From an uncultured Candidatus Saccharibacteria bacterium (GTDB taxonomy: Bacteria; Patescibacteriota; Minisyncoccia; Phycocordibacterales; XYD1-FULL-46-19), in contig CAZXCI010000001.1 of the NCBI GenBank assembly GCA_964639285.1, forward strand, positions 285,757 to 337,069: 51,313 nucleotides of DNA, in the 5' to 3' direction. Position numbers and translations under genes: made by a program. Below the pieces are notes generated by a model. The model ran no database searches. It saw only the letters and a list, made by a program, of their open reading frames with translations, and had not been told where the DNA came from. Shown here piece after piece: positions 36,940-46,758 of this stretch. Within the stretch, counting starts at the first letter, position 1. Each line of letters begins with the position of its first letter.

Positions 36940-37079
36940 ACCCTTTCTTTAGGTTAGAACACATCTTTTATTGAGAACATTTCACCTGTCATTATAAACA
37001 CAGAGTTAGAGGCTTTGCAAACAGTGTCAGAAATTTTTTAATTTGTTAGAATAAGCTTGCCCCGCCACGGCGGGGTAAG

Positions 37080-37955
37080 ATGAAATCTAAATTCAAAAAA
37101 ATTCTTCCGCCAAATTTTCCTTCTCTTCTTAAAGAAATCAATGACCCGCCCGCTGAACTTTATTTAGAAGGAAGTTTACCTAAAGAAGACGAGAACAAAT
37201 TCCTCGCGGTTGTTGGCTCCCGTAAATATTCACGTTATGGCAAAGAAGCTTGCGAAGAATTAATCGCAGGGCTTGCCGGTTACCCTATTGTTATTGTCTC
37301 TGGCCTAGCTTTAGGAATTGATGCTATTGCCCATCAGAGCGCCTTAAAAAATAAACTCCTAACAATCGGCGTCCCCGGCTCGGGTCTCGCTCGCGAAGTT
37401 CTCCACCCTTTCTCCAATCATCGCCTCGCCGACGAGATTGTTGAAGCGGGGGGTTGCCTCTTGTCAGAACTTGAGCCAGAGTGCCCGGCTGGTCTACACA
37501 CCTTCCCAAGACGCAACCGAATTATGGCCGGCTTATCTCATGCTACTTTAATAATAGAAGCGGGGGAGAAATCGGGGACTTTGATCACGGCTCGCTTGGC
37601 TATGGAGTACAACCGTGACGTTCTCGTTGTCCCCGGCTCAATTTTCTCTCCCGGCTCTCGAGGCGCAAATTCGCTGATTCGCCAAGGAGCGATGCCCGTG
37701 AATAAAAGTGAGGATATTCTCCAAGCTCTTGGTTTCAATACCGAAGAAGCCCTGGCCGACAAACAAGGCAAACTTTTTGCTGATCTTTCTCTCGTTGAAC
37801 AAAAAATTATTGAGATATTATCGAGCGACAGTCTCCCCCGCGATGAACTTATTGAGCTGGCCGAAATTTCTATAACTGAAGCAAACATCATTCTCTCCGC
37901 CCTAGAAATTAAAGGCCTCATCCGCGAATCCCTCGGCGAAGTAAGATTGGTTTAA
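37080..37955 (+). CDS. dprA: DNA-processing protein DprA
   Basis: LAVVGSR, IVSGLALGID, FPRRNRIMAGLS, SGTLITA, AMEYNRDV, C-terminal winged helix. Confidence 0.96.
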   Translation: MKSKFKKILPPNFPSLLKEINDPPAELYLEGSLPKEDENKFLAVVGSRKYSRYGKEACEELIAGLAGYPIVIVSGLALGIDAIAHQSALKNKLLTIGVPGSGLAREVLHPFSNHRLADEIVEAGGCLLSELEPECPAGLHTFPRRNRIMAGLSHATLIIEAGEKSGTLITARLAMEYNRDVLVVPGSIFSPGSRGANSLIRQGAMPVNKSEDILQALGFNTEEALADKQGKLFADLSLVEQKIIEILSSDSLPRDELIELAEISITEANIILSALEIKGLIRESLGEVRLV

Positions 37956-37958
37956 AAA

Positions 37959-38522
37959 TCAGGCAAGCCCGAAGATTTTTTTAAATTTTTCTTCGTTATC
38001 AATTTTATCGGCAACAATATAAATAACACTCCGCCCCAAACCAACATCGGTTTTAAGAAGATTAATATAATCTTCGCACTCATGGGGACTTATCCACACA
38101 CTGTTTTGCAATTTGATGAAACCAAAATCGGATAACTCTTTTCTCAAAAAATCTCTTTTTTTGCGACTTCTTTCCCAAATATCAAATGTCACTATTCGCC
38201 ACTTGCCATCCCACCTTTTCTTGGGCTTTAAATCTTCTTGATATTTCAATAATCTTAATTCCCCTTTTGAAGTCAGCCTTAATCGACCTTCCTTGTCTTT
38301 AACTATTAAACCCTTTTTGATTAACCCCTCGAGGCAAGTTTTCACCCGTGAAAGACAGTAGTTCTTGTCCTTCTTAAACAATTTTAAAACTTGCACCGTC
38401 CCAGGAACCGCGACAACAAGGGCCACCAAACCAGTCGTGGCAATAGTTGCCAAGAGAGCAAGGGGAATGCTTATTTCATCGACGTCCAGTTCGCTGGGCT
38501 TAAGTTTCAAACTAAATTTCAT
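37959..38522 (-). CDS. PaaX-like winged-helix protein with C-terminal Cas2-like ferredoxin fold
   Basis: WDGKWRIVTFDI, LQNSVW; start could be 38561. Confidence 0.8.
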   Translation of the reverse strand: MKFSLKLKPSELDVDEISIPLALLATIATTGLVALVVAVPGTVQVLKLFKKDKNYCLSRVKTCLEGLIKKGLIVKDKEGRLRLTSKGELRLLKYQEDLKPKKRWDGKWRIVTFDIWERSRKKRDFLRKELSDFGFIKLQNSVWISPHECEDYINLLKTDVGLGRSVIYIVADKIDNEEKFKKIFGLA

Positions 38523-38646
38523 CCTCCTTCTATTATACTCATAAACCTCACGGTCGTACATATTTTGAGTAGTGTTTTTTCTAGTGTTTTTTCTGAAGGG
38601 ACTCGAGGGAAAAATCCCTTGATGAGGTCGGGTTGGTTTAAAAAAC

Positions 38647-38675
38647 TTGACAAATAGTTGCTTAGGGTATATAAT
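38647..38675 (+). promoter_or_regulatory. Consensus sigma70 promoter TTGACA-17-TATAAT
   Basis: ttgaca 38647-38652, tataat 38670-38675. Confidence 0.8.
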
Positions 38676-38733
38676 ATAGAATAGGATAAGTTGTAAATTC
38701 CAGCGTCAAAAAACAAAAGAAAGGACCAAAAAA

Positions 38734-39024
38734 ATGTTCCCTGTAACGCTCTATGTGGAGATAATCGGCGAAAGCCAGGAGCAAGGTTTGGCTTATTGCA
38801 AAGAACTCGGACTACCCATTCCCCCATTTATCGGACTGGAGTTTTCTCTGGAAGAAGGAGGATTGCCTTTTGAAATCAAGGTAGACAAAGTCGAGATCAT
38901 CCTTGGAGATACAGAGGTTCTCGTGTGGGCCAGTTGCAGACAAGAACTACCCAACGATGAAGGGACAAACTTCGTCCAGAACGCCAAGAATTTCTTTGGA
39001 CGCACTGGGTGGAAAAAACTTTAA
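38734..39024 (+). CDS. Hypothetical protein
   Basis: Own promoter, AAGGA SD and downstream terminator. Confidence 0.7.
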   Translation: MFPVTLYVEIIGESQEQGLAYCKELGLPIPPFIGLEFSLEEGGLPFEIKVDKVEIILGDTEVLVWASCRQELPNDEGTNFVQNAKNFFGRTGWKKL

Positions 39025-39035
39025 CCAGTTCCCCC

Positions 39036-39085
39036 CCCCCTGACATTACGGAAAGACCCCGTACGTGTCAGCGGGGTTTTTCTTT
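39036..39085 (+). terminator. Intrinsic terminator
   Basis: ccccctgacattacgg...ccgtacgtgtcagcgggg followed by tttttctttt. Confidence 0.7.
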
Positions 39086-39186
39086 TTCTTATTTTTTCCT
39101 GGTAATATTATAATTCTCACACTGCAGAAAAAATCCTCAATTTGACAAATTGTGACAAGAAGACTAATACTTGCTACACTAGCAAA

Positions 39187-41355
39187 ATGAAATTACTTAT
39201 TGTTGAATCGCCAGCGAAGGCGAAGACCATTGCAAAATATTTAGATAACGCCTACACCGTCAAAGCGAGTGTGGGGCATATTCGTGATTTACCCAAATCG
39301 AATAAAAATGCAATTGATATCGAAGGGGGCTTCGTTCCTCGTTATGAAATTAGTAAGGGCAAAGAGCATGTCATTAAAGAACTGACCCAACTAACAAAAA
39401 AAGCTGATGAAGTCTTACTCGCAACTGACCCCGACCGTGAAGGTGAGGCTATTGCTTGGCACCTGCAACAAGAACTTAAATTAAAAAACCCAAAACGTGT
39501 TGCTTTCAACGAAATTACTAAGGAGGCGGTCCAAGAAGCGATGAAGCACCCACGGGGCATTGATACAAATTTACGTGTCGCCCAAGAAGCCCGACGTGTC
39601 TTAGATCGACTCTTCGGTTATGATCTCTCTGCTCTCATTTGGCAAAAGGTGCGCTACGGCCTCTCCGCTGGTCGAGTACAGTCCCCGGCCCTGCGTCTTA
39701 TCGTCGAGAAAGAAAAGGAGGTCCGCGCCTTTATTCCCGAAGCCTATTGGGTAATTGACGCCCTGTTTGAAGACAAAAAGAAAAAGCAGATTCCTTTCAA
39801 ATGTTCCATCGAACCCAAAACTGAGAAAGAGGCGGACGAAATTGTTGACCGAACCCAAAAATCTGCTTGGCAAGTCGAGAAGATCGAAGAAACCAAGGTT
39901 AAACGTTCGGCCCGAGCCCCCTTCACCACCTCAACCTTACAACAGAGTGCTTCTTCCCGACTCGGCTACGCTCCAAGCGTAACCATGCGTCTGGCTCAAA
40001 AACTCTATGAAGCGGGACATATTAGTTATATGCGCACTGACAGCACAACCTTAAGTCAGCAAGCGGTGGGAGAAATTGCCGAGGTGATTAAAAAGAAGTT
40101 TGGCGATGATTATTCTGACCCCAAACAATTCAAGACCAAGAGCAAGAATGCTCAAGAGGCCCACGAAGCTATCCGACCAACCCATGTCAGTGTTGGAAGC
40201 GCCGGAACCAGTCCTCAAGAAAAAAAGTTGTACCAATTAATCTGGCAACGCACTGTCGCCAGCCAAATGGCCGATGCCGAAACCCTCCGTACCAAAATTA
40301 CCGCTAAAGCTAGTGATGACAAGATTCCTAGTTTTGAGACATCTGGCTCTCATGTTCTCTTCGATGGTTGGCTCAAGGCCGACCCCGAAGCCCGGGGCGA
40401 AGAAGTTGACTTGCCCAAACTTGCCCAAGGTGACCTACTCAAACTTATAAACATCAATTCGACTGGTAAAGAAACTGAACCTCCTCATCGTTATACCGAA
40501 GCGGGGTTAATTAAAGAACTCGAAAAACGAGGTATCGGCCGACCAAGTACTTACGCCTCTATCATTAAGACAATTCAAGATCGTGATTATGTAATCAAAG
40601 AAAACAAATCCCTTAAGCCTACGGACACCGGCGAAGTGGTTAGCGATTTTCTTAGTGAATATTTTGCCAATTACATCAGTGACACCTTCACCGCCGAAAT
40701 GGAAAATGAGCTGGATGAAATTGCTACTGGCGGACGAGATTATGTCAAAACACTTAAGGATTTCTACGGGCCATTTACTAAAGAGATCAAAAGCAAAAAG
40801 AAAATTGAAAAAATTACTAACCTGGGCGAAGCGCCAAAAGGTATGAAGTGTCCTAAGTGCGGTTCCGAAATGATTACCAAACTCGCCAAGAGTGGCAAGT
40901 TCTATAGTTGCTCTCGTTTTCCTGATTGTAATGGAGCCCTGACGATAGAGGGTAAAGAACTCGAAGGCCCGAAGATAACAGGAGATAAATGTCCTGAGTG
41001 TAGCGGTGATCTCATCGAGCGCGATGGGAAATTTGGGCGTTTTGTCGCCTGCTCAAAATATCCCAAATGTCGCTATATTAAGAAAGATGCCGTGATTGAA
41101 GGCCAGGAGAAACAAGGTGACACTGGCGTCGAGTGTCCGATATGTAAAGCAGGTTCGATGGTAGAAAAGAGGGGCCGTTTTGGTGTCTTCTATGGCTGTT
41201 CAAATTATCCAAAATGTAAAAATATTATTAAGACCAAACCTACTGGCCGAATTTGTCCCGAATGCAATAGCCTGATGATGGAAGGGACCAAAACCATCCC
41301 CGAACGCTGTTCTAATAAAGCCTGCCCTAATCACAATCCTCATCGGATGAAATAA
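39187..41355 (+). CDS. topA: DNA topoisomerase I
   Basis: LIVESPAK, ATDPDREGEAIAWH, SAGRVQ, SYMRTDS, GIGRPSTYA, C-terminal C4 zinc ribbons. Confidence 0.98.
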   Translation: MKLLIVESPAKAKTIAKYLDNAYTVKASVGHIRDLPKSNKNAIDIEGGFVPRYEISKGKEHVIKELTQLTKKADEVLLATDPDREGEAIAWHLQQELKLKNPKRVAFNEITKEAVQEAMKHPRGIDTNLRVAQEARRVLDRLFGYDLSALIWQKVRYGLSAGRVQSPALRLIVEKEKEVRAFIPEAYWVIDALFEDKKKKQIPFKCSIEPKTEKEADEIVDRTQKSAWQVEKIEETKVKRSARAPFTTSTLQQSASSRLGYAPSVTMRLAQKLYEAGHISYMRTDSTTLSQQAVGEIAEVIKKKFGDDYSDPKQFKTKSKNAQEAHEAIRPTHVSVGSAGTSPQEKKLYQLIWQRTVASQMADAETLRTKITAKASDDKIPSFETSGSHVLFDGWLKADPEARGEEVDLPKLAQGDLLKLININSTGKETEPPHRYTEAGLIKELEKRGIGRPSTYASIIKTIQDRDYVIKENKSLKPTDTGEVVSDFLSEYFANYISDTFTAEMENELDEIATGGRDYVKTLKDFYGPFTKEIKSKKKIEKITNLGEAPKGMKCPKCGSEMITKLAKSGKFYSCSRFPDCNGALTIEGKELEGPKITGDKCPECSGDLIERDGKFGRFVACSKYPKCRYIKKDAVIEGQEKQGDTGVECPICKAGSMVEKRGRFGVFYGCSNYPKCKNIIKTKPTGRICPECNSLMMEGTKTIPERCSNKACPNHNPHRMK

Positions 41356-41382
41356 TCTCCCTTTTATGCTATTTTAGAGGCA

Positions 41383-42843
41383 ATGATAGATGCCCAAGAG
41401 ATCATTGGATTAATAAAAAATCCAAAAGAAAAAGATAAGGCATTGATAAAAAGAGCCTTGGCTTTTGCCGAGGAAGCTCACCAGGGGCAACTTCGAGCCT
41501 CTGGCGATCCTTATATTATCCACCCTTTCAACACTGCCCTCATCTTGGCTGAGTTTCAAGCCGACGCCGAAACTATCGCCGCCGGACTCTTGCACGACAC
41601 TGTTGAAGACACAAAAATTACTCTTGCCGATATCGAAAAAGAGTTTGGTAAGCAAATCGCCTTCATGGTAGAAGGTGTGACAAAGCTCGGCCAACTTAAG
41701 TATCGTGGAGTTAAGCGCCACACGGAAAGCTTGCGCAAACTTTTCGTCGCAATGTCTGAAGATATTCGCGTAATCATGATCCGACTCGCCGACCGCCTGC
41801 ATAATGTTAGAACTCTTGAGTTCTTACCGCCAGACAAACAAAAACGTATCGCCCTAGAGACATTAGAAATTTATGCTCCACTAGCCAACCGTCTTGGCGT
41901 CTGGCGACTGAAAGGGATGCTTGAAGATGCTAGTTTCCCTTTTGCTTATCCAGAAGAATACAAGAAGGTTGTCGCCCTAAGAAAAACAAAGGGGAAAGAA
42001 ACAGTAAAGCGCTTAGAAAAAATTTATCGAGCAATCCATAAGGAGCTATCCGCCAGAGGCCTTAAGAATTTCTCTATTGATTACCGTATTAAATATCTCT
42101 TCAGCTTATATTCAAAACTTTTAAAAAAAAACATGAATATCGATGAGATTTATGACATCTCAGCCCTACGTGTAATTGTAAAGACGATTGACGAGTGCTA
42201 TCAAGTCTTGGGGGTTATCCATAATCTTTGGCGCCCGATTCCTGGTCGACTTAAAGATTATATCGCGAATCCTAAACCAAATGGTTACCAAAGTATTCAC
42301 ACCTCAATCTTCACTGGTGACGGGAACGCTGTCGAGATCCAGATAAGGACTGAGAAAATGCAACATGAAGCCGAATTCGGAATTGCCTCTCACATAATCT
42401 ACGAAGAGGTAGGCAAGAAAAGTAGCAAAAAATTAACAAAAGATATGAGCTGGGTTGAAGAACTTATCGACTGGCAAAAGCATCTCAAAGAAGACAGCAA
42501 ATTCATCAGTCACATTAAGGATCACTTAAAGCATGATCGAATTTTCGTCTTCACCCCTAAGGGCGAAGTTGTTGAATTACCAAAAGATTCTACCCCTATC
42601 GATTTTGCCTATGCTATCCACTCAGATGTCGGCCAACATGCAGCTAGTGCCAAAATAAATGGAAAAATGGCCGCCCTGGGAAGTAGCCTCAAAAATGGCG
42701 ATGTCGTTTTTATTACCACCAATAAAAACAATCACCCTACTTCTAAATGGCTAAATATTACAAAAACAAATGCTGCAAAAAAACACATCAAAAACTTTCT
42801 CCTGGCAGATAAGGAAAAAGTGGCTAAACTGAAAAATTCTTAA
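41383..42843 (+). CDS. RelA/SpoT family (p)ppGpp hydrolase-synthetase with TGS domain
   Basis: HD motif (LLHDTVED), ADRLHN, KPNGYQSIH, EIQIRT, TGS domain. Confidence 0.93.
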   Translation: MIDAQEIIGLIKNPKEKDKALIKRALAFAEEAHQGQLRASGDPYIIHPFNTALILAEFQADAETIAAGLLHDTVEDTKITLADIEKEFGKQIAFMVEGVTKLGQLKYRGVKRHTESLRKLFVAMSEDIRVIMIRLADRLHNVRTLEFLPPDKQKRIALETLEIYAPLANRLGVWRLKGMLEDASFPFAYPEEYKKVVALRKTKGKETVKRLEKIYRAIHKELSARGLKNFSIDYRIKYLFSLYSKLLKKNMNIDEIYDISALRVIVKTIDECYQVLGVIHNLWRPIPGRLKDYIANPKPNGYQSIHTSIFTGDGNAVEIQIRTEKMQHEAEFGIASHIIYEEVGKKSSKKLTKDMSWVEELIDWQKHLKEDSKFISHIKDHLKHDRIFVFTPKGEVVELPKDSTPIDFAYAIHSDVGQHAASAKINGKMAALGSSLKNGDVVFITTNKNNHPTSKWLNITKTNAAKKHIKNFLLADKEKVAKLKNS

Positions 42844-43813
42844 TAAAATATAGATCCTCGTCGTCTTCCTTGGCCGCTTCTTCTGCGGCTGGAGCCACCG
42901 CCATCTCCTCACTCAAAGAAGGTTTGATCTCTTCTGCCTCTAAGCTGTCAGGACTAAGAGGAACATCGATTACACTATTTGGCCCTCCCTGCTCAAGCAT
43001 AGAAAGGATGCGCTTAAGTTCTTCAGCTGAAGTATAATCAATCATGATACGTCCACCGGTCTCACCTTTCATCTCCACCTTCACCCGATTACCGTACTTC
43101 TCAGTCAACTTATCTTCAATCTCGATAATTTCTGGCTGGACGAGGCTCGCGTGCTTGCGCACTTTGTCATAAGCAATCCGCCGAGCAATTTGCTCAGTAT
43201 CACGAACATTGAGACGCTTGATTATAATTTCCTTAAAGAGAGTTAATTGTTCTTCTGGCCGATCGATAAGCATCAAAAGAGGTCTGGTGTGCCCCTCAGC
43301 AATCTGACCGTTGACCACAGCATCGAGCATGTCCTGAGGCAAGTTAAGAATACGTATAGTGTTGGAGACATATTCACGACTGCGACCAACTCGCTTACCC
43401 ACCTCGGTGTGAGACAAACCAAATTCATTGACTAACTTGAAAAAAGCTTGAGCTCGATCGATCGGATTAAGATCTTCGCGCTGAAGGTTCTCAATAATGG
43501 CTAACTCCAACTTCTCTTTGTCGCTTTGCTCACCAGTGCGAATGACCGCCGGAACTTGAGACAAGCCCGCGATCCTGGATGCTCGCCAACGACGCTCGCC
43601 AGCAATAATTTCGTACTCAGTATAAAGGCTCCCATCATCTCGCTCGACTTCATTTCTTGTCACCACGAGAGGTTGCAAGACACCATACTGCTTAATAGAG
43701 TCGGCCAAATCTCGCAAACGCTCCTCGTTGAATTCATGACGGGGCTGATAAGGGTTGGGCTTGATCTTCTCAACCTCAATTAGAAAAATTTTGTCTTCGT
43801 AGTTATTGGCCAC
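42824..43813 (-). CDS. parB: ParB/Spo0J chromosome partitioning protein
   Basis: NPYQPR, GVLQP, IAGERRWRAS, IENLQREDLNPI, GHTR. Confidence 0.93.
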   Translation of the reverse strand: MANNYEDKIFLIEVEKIKPNPYQPRHEFNEERLRDLADSIKQYGVLQPLVVTRNEVERDDGSLYTEYEIIAGERRWRASRIAGLSQVPAVIRTGEQSDKEKLELAIIENLQREDLNPIDRAQAFFKLVNEFGLSHTEVGKRVGRSREYVSNTIRILNLPQDMLDAVVNGQIAEGHTRPLLMLIDRPEEQLTLFKEIIIKRLNVRDTEQIARRIAYDKVRKHASLVQPEIIEIEDKLTEKYGNRVKVEMKGETGGRIMIDYTSAEELKRILSMLEQGGPNSVIDVPLSPDSLEAEEIKPSLSEEMAVAPAAEEAAKEDDEDLYFIKNFSV

Positions 43814-43891
43814 CCTCTAATTCTATCACAAATTGCTTTTTGGCAAAATTTGGGTAAAATATAAGAGGTTCCTAATCTGAATAGCAGACGG

Positions 43892-43973
43892 GCCGGAGTG
43901 ATGAAATTGGTAAACATGCACGACTCAAAATCGTGTGCCGCAAGGTTTGTGGGTTCAAGTCCCACCTCCGGCA
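43892..43973 (+). tRNA. tRNA-Leu (anticodon CAA), long variable arm, CCA not encoded
   Basis: Acceptor GCCGGAG/CTCCGGC, anticodon stem CACGA/TCGTG with loop CT-CAA-AA, T-arm GTGGGTTCAAGTCCCAC. Confidence 0.95.
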
Positions 43974-44554
43974 CTTTCAAAAAATATTCCCAAAAAGAGA
44001 ATATTGCATATCTCGTAGGTCTATCATTGGGTGATGGCAATTTATCTAACCCGAACGGACGAGCAGTGAGATTGCGTATCACTTGTGACAAAAAGTACCC
44101 CGAATTAACAAGGAGGATAATTTTGTTACTTCAAGGCTTGTTTCCTAAAAATAAGATTGGTGTGATAAAACGAAATGATTCTTGTTTAGATATTAGTTGC
44201 TATTCTAATAAGCTGGAGGGGATGTTGGGATGGAAGGCAAAAAATGGTTCAAAAATTAAGCAAAAAGTTGCCATCCCTTCTTGGATTAAAAAGGATGTAA
44301 ATTATATTAAACCATGTCTTAGGGGTTTGATTGAAACTGACGGTTCCATCTATCAAGACCATAAATATTTAATGGTAAATTTTGTCACAGTTATCCCGAA
44401 TTTAGCTAGCGACTTTGTTTTGTTGGTTCAAAAACTTGGCTATACTTGCAACACCAAAATTAATCAACCCAAAATCGGCCTGGCCAAATATACAATTCGT
44501 ATCTCACGAAAAACAGAGGATTTTATAAAACTAATCGGCATTGACAAGAATTGA
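43901..44554 (+). CDS. Two-motif LAGLIDADG homing endonuclease; start codons lie inside tRNA-Leu
   Basis: AYLVGLSLGDG and CLRGLIETDG motifs; true start uncertain. Confidence 0.82.
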   Translation: MKLVNMHDSKSCAARFVGSSPTSGTFKKYSQKENIAYLVGLSLGDGNLSNPNGRAVRLRITCDKKYPELTRRIILLLQGLFPKNKIGVIKRNDSCLDISCYSNKLEGMLGWKAKNGSKIKQKVAIPSWIKKDVNYIKPCLRGLIETDGSIYQDHKYLMVNFVTVIPNLASDFVLLVQKLGYTCNTKINQPKIGLAKYTIRISRKTEDFIKLIGIDKN

Positions 44555-44771
44555 TGCCTACAGACACGCAGGTCCAAAAAAAATTAAACCCTCTCCCATT
44601 TGACAGCTGAGGCAAAGACGTTTAGTTCTTGGCTGTGTTGCTCTGGTGTCGCCCGGATAGTGGCAAATCTCTCTTGGCCAGGAGTCCAAGTGGAAGTATT
44701 AATGTCCTCAAGAAAATTATTAATCTTTGAATTTTTCTTACCTTGAATTATAAATGTGAAAAATTCCTGAA

Positions 44772-44808
44772 CCGGATATGCCGTGTTGTGCGATGCCCGC
44801 ATTTGCCC
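44772..44808 (-). other. Half attC-like site (R''/L'' side only) and distal inverted arm of cassette 3
   Basis: Minus strand GCACAAC-ACGG-CATATCCGG; 44785-44808 is inverted relative to 45449-45472 (19/24). Confidence 0.55.
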
Positions 44809-44844
44809 GCCCTTGTTAATGGCACGAATGGATGCCCTGAAATC

Positions 44845-45423
44845 CTATTGCAAAATCTTTTCCAACAATTCAGGAAACTCCTCGGTTTTCATATCTCCCA
44901 AGCAATAATGCCCTCGCCCTGACAGTTCAACAATCTCGCCACCAAGCACCTCATGAAAAATTTTTAAACTTTTTTTGCCGTCATCTTCCTCGTCATCGGC
45001 GGTGAATATCACTATTTGATTGATTCTATCTTTAATTGTTGGGTCAATCGGATAAGTGTAAAAATCCACATCTGCGCCATTTCTTTTTTCTTGCGGAATT
45101 TTCCAAGGCGCGACTAAAAAAAGTTTAAAAATTTTGGTCTTAGTCTCACCAAGCCAGCGAACCAAGAAAGCGCAACCGCAACTATGTCCTACCAAAATCG
45201 TGTTTTCATTAACAGCATATTTTTCAAATTCAGCTTTGAATTTTTCATAATCAGGTTGCCAGGGTGAGGGCATGAGAGGAGTTTCCGTCTCAATATTTTT
45301 TGCAATAAGATTTCTTTTTGTCCACGGAATCCAGTGTTTATCATAAGTTCTTGTTTCTGGATTCATCGCTTTTTCAGCATCAGAGGGGCATCCATGGATT
45401 ATTATACAGTTTTTCATTGTCAT
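44845..45423 (-). CDS. RBBP9/YdeN family alpha/beta hydrolase (cassette 3)
   Basis: IIHG, VGHSCG nucleophile elbow, LVAPW, DDE, RGH. Confidence 0.9.
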   Translation of the reverse strand: MTMKNCIIIHGCPSDAEKAMNPETRTYDKHWIPWTKRNLIAKNIETETPLMPSPWQPDYEKFKAEFEKYAVNENTILVGHSCGCAFLVRWLGETKTKIFKLFLVAPWKIPQEKRNGADVDFYTYPIDPTIKDRINQIVIFTADDEEDDGKKSLKIFHEVLGGEIVELSGRGHYCLGDMKTEEFPELLEKILQ

Positions 45424-45465
45424 ATGGTTAAATGTTATTTTAGCACTAGGGCAAATGCGGATTTC

Positions 45466-45559
45466 TCACATCGTTAGGGATATGAGAAGTTGCGACCGAA
45501 GGGAGCAATTTGGGTGGAGAAGTCTGCAAGACTTCGTAACCTCATATCCCTTGTTATAT
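45466..45559 (-). other. attC-like recombination site 2 (94 bp)
   Basis: Minus strand ATATAAC-AA-GGGATATGAG ... CTCATATCCC-TAAC-GATGTGA, with two internal hairpins. Confidence 0.72.
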
Positions 45560-45646
45560 TCCCCGAAGGGCTGAAATTTAGTGCAACGTCCCGAAGGGAA
45601 ATTTCAGAGTTGTCGTGTCTAAAATAAAATTGTAGTCGGATACACA

Positions 45647-46684
45647 TTAATCTTCAAATATTTTTTCAATCAATTTAAATTCTTTTTTATGGCAATCAAA
45701 CTCGACTTTTATTCCTAATGGCAAAATCCATTGAGGGTCTGTATGTCCAAAATCCATATTCGTTATAATCGGAAGACTTGAATTGTGAAATTCTGTATTA
45801 ACCACATTGAGAACATTTTCGTTTAAACTTTTCTTTTCATCTTCAGAATAGTCCCTTGGTCTTCCGATGAGCAATGCGGATATTTTGTCAAACACCCCTT
45901 GCATTCCATAGTTTCGTAACATCCATTTGACTTGGTCTGGAGATGGCTTGTCTTCAGATGTTTCTAAGAAAAGGATTTTGCCATTCCAAAAATCATCATT
46001 AGACCAATATTTTGTGCTTTTCATAAATTCAAGAACTTCAATACAGCCACCAAATAATTCTCCTTGAACTTTTGAACTGCCCTGCAAAATATTCCAACCT
46101 GTGTTTTTTGACATTGGTTTTACTTGTCCAACATTGGACTTGTCACCCCAATCTAAATATCCCTCTGCGTAAGAATCATATGGTTTGTATTCATAATTTG
46201 CAGGATTTTCAAATAGAATTGTTTTGATATGCTCTTGAAAATTTGTACCTAATGCATCCCATTGAGAAAATCCTGCCATGATTGCAGGACCATGTAGAGT
46301 GACAAGTCCTAATTGATTAAAGTATGTCAAAAGAGTGGTTGTATCAGAATATCCAATAATGATTTTTGGGGTTTTTCGAATTATTTCTGCATTTAGAAAA
46401 GGCATTATTCTTACGGAATCATCTCCGCCTATTGATACAAAAATCGCTTTAACTTCTTCATCAGCAAAAGCATCATTTATGTCTTTGGCTCTAAATTCTG
46501 GATTTTTGTAAAGATAATCTGCGTCTTTTCTTGCGGAGGGATATTCTTTAATTTTAAGACCTAAATTTTCAAGTGTCTTAATGCCTGATTCATAAATATG
46601 AGGAAAAACACTTGGGCCTCCCCACGATGGAGATACGACTGCAATGGTATCTCCTTTTTGTAATTTTTTTGGTTTGATTGCCAT
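45647..46684 (-). CDS. S66 peptidase (LD-carboxypeptidase/MccF-like) (cassette 2)
   Basis: GDTIAVVSPS, IGGDDS, IGYSDTT, LFLETSE, DFGHTDP. Confidence 0.92.
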   Translation of the reverse strand: MAIKPKKLQKGDTIAVVSPSWGGPSVFPHIYESGIKTLENLGLKIKEYPSARKDADYLYKNPEFRAKDINDAFADEEVKAIFVSIGGDDSVRIMPFLNAEIIRKTPKIIIGYSDTTTLLTYFNQLGLVTLHGPAIMAGFSQWDALGTNFQEHIKTILFENPANYEYKPYDSYAEGYLDWGDKSNVGQVKPMSKNTGWNILQGSSKVQGELFGGCIEVLEFMKSTKYWSNDDFWNGKILFLETSEDKPSPDQVKWMLRNYGMQGVFDKISALLIGRPRDYSEDEKKSLNENVLNVVNTEFHNSSLPIITNMDFGHTDPQWILPLGIKVEFDCHKKEFKLIEKIFED

Positions 46685-46758
46685 ACTATTTTGATGAATT
46701 GATTGATTTATATAATTTGTGCACCCGACTACTCCTAATTAATTTACACGACAATTGA

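Noticed and set aside
37959-38561. Cas2-like C-terminus suggesting a CRISPR locus
   Set aside because: It is a PaaX-like winged-helix fusion; there are no other cas genes and no repeat-spacer array in the window.
39031-39040. C10 homopolymer as a phase-variation tract
   Set aside because: It is intergenic, downstream of a stop codon, and forms the 5' arm of a terminator.
44584-44802. 72-aa ORF as a fourth cassette
   Set aside because: It starts inside the inverted arm/half attC of cassette 3, has no SD and no recognisable motif; probably spurious or a gene remnant.
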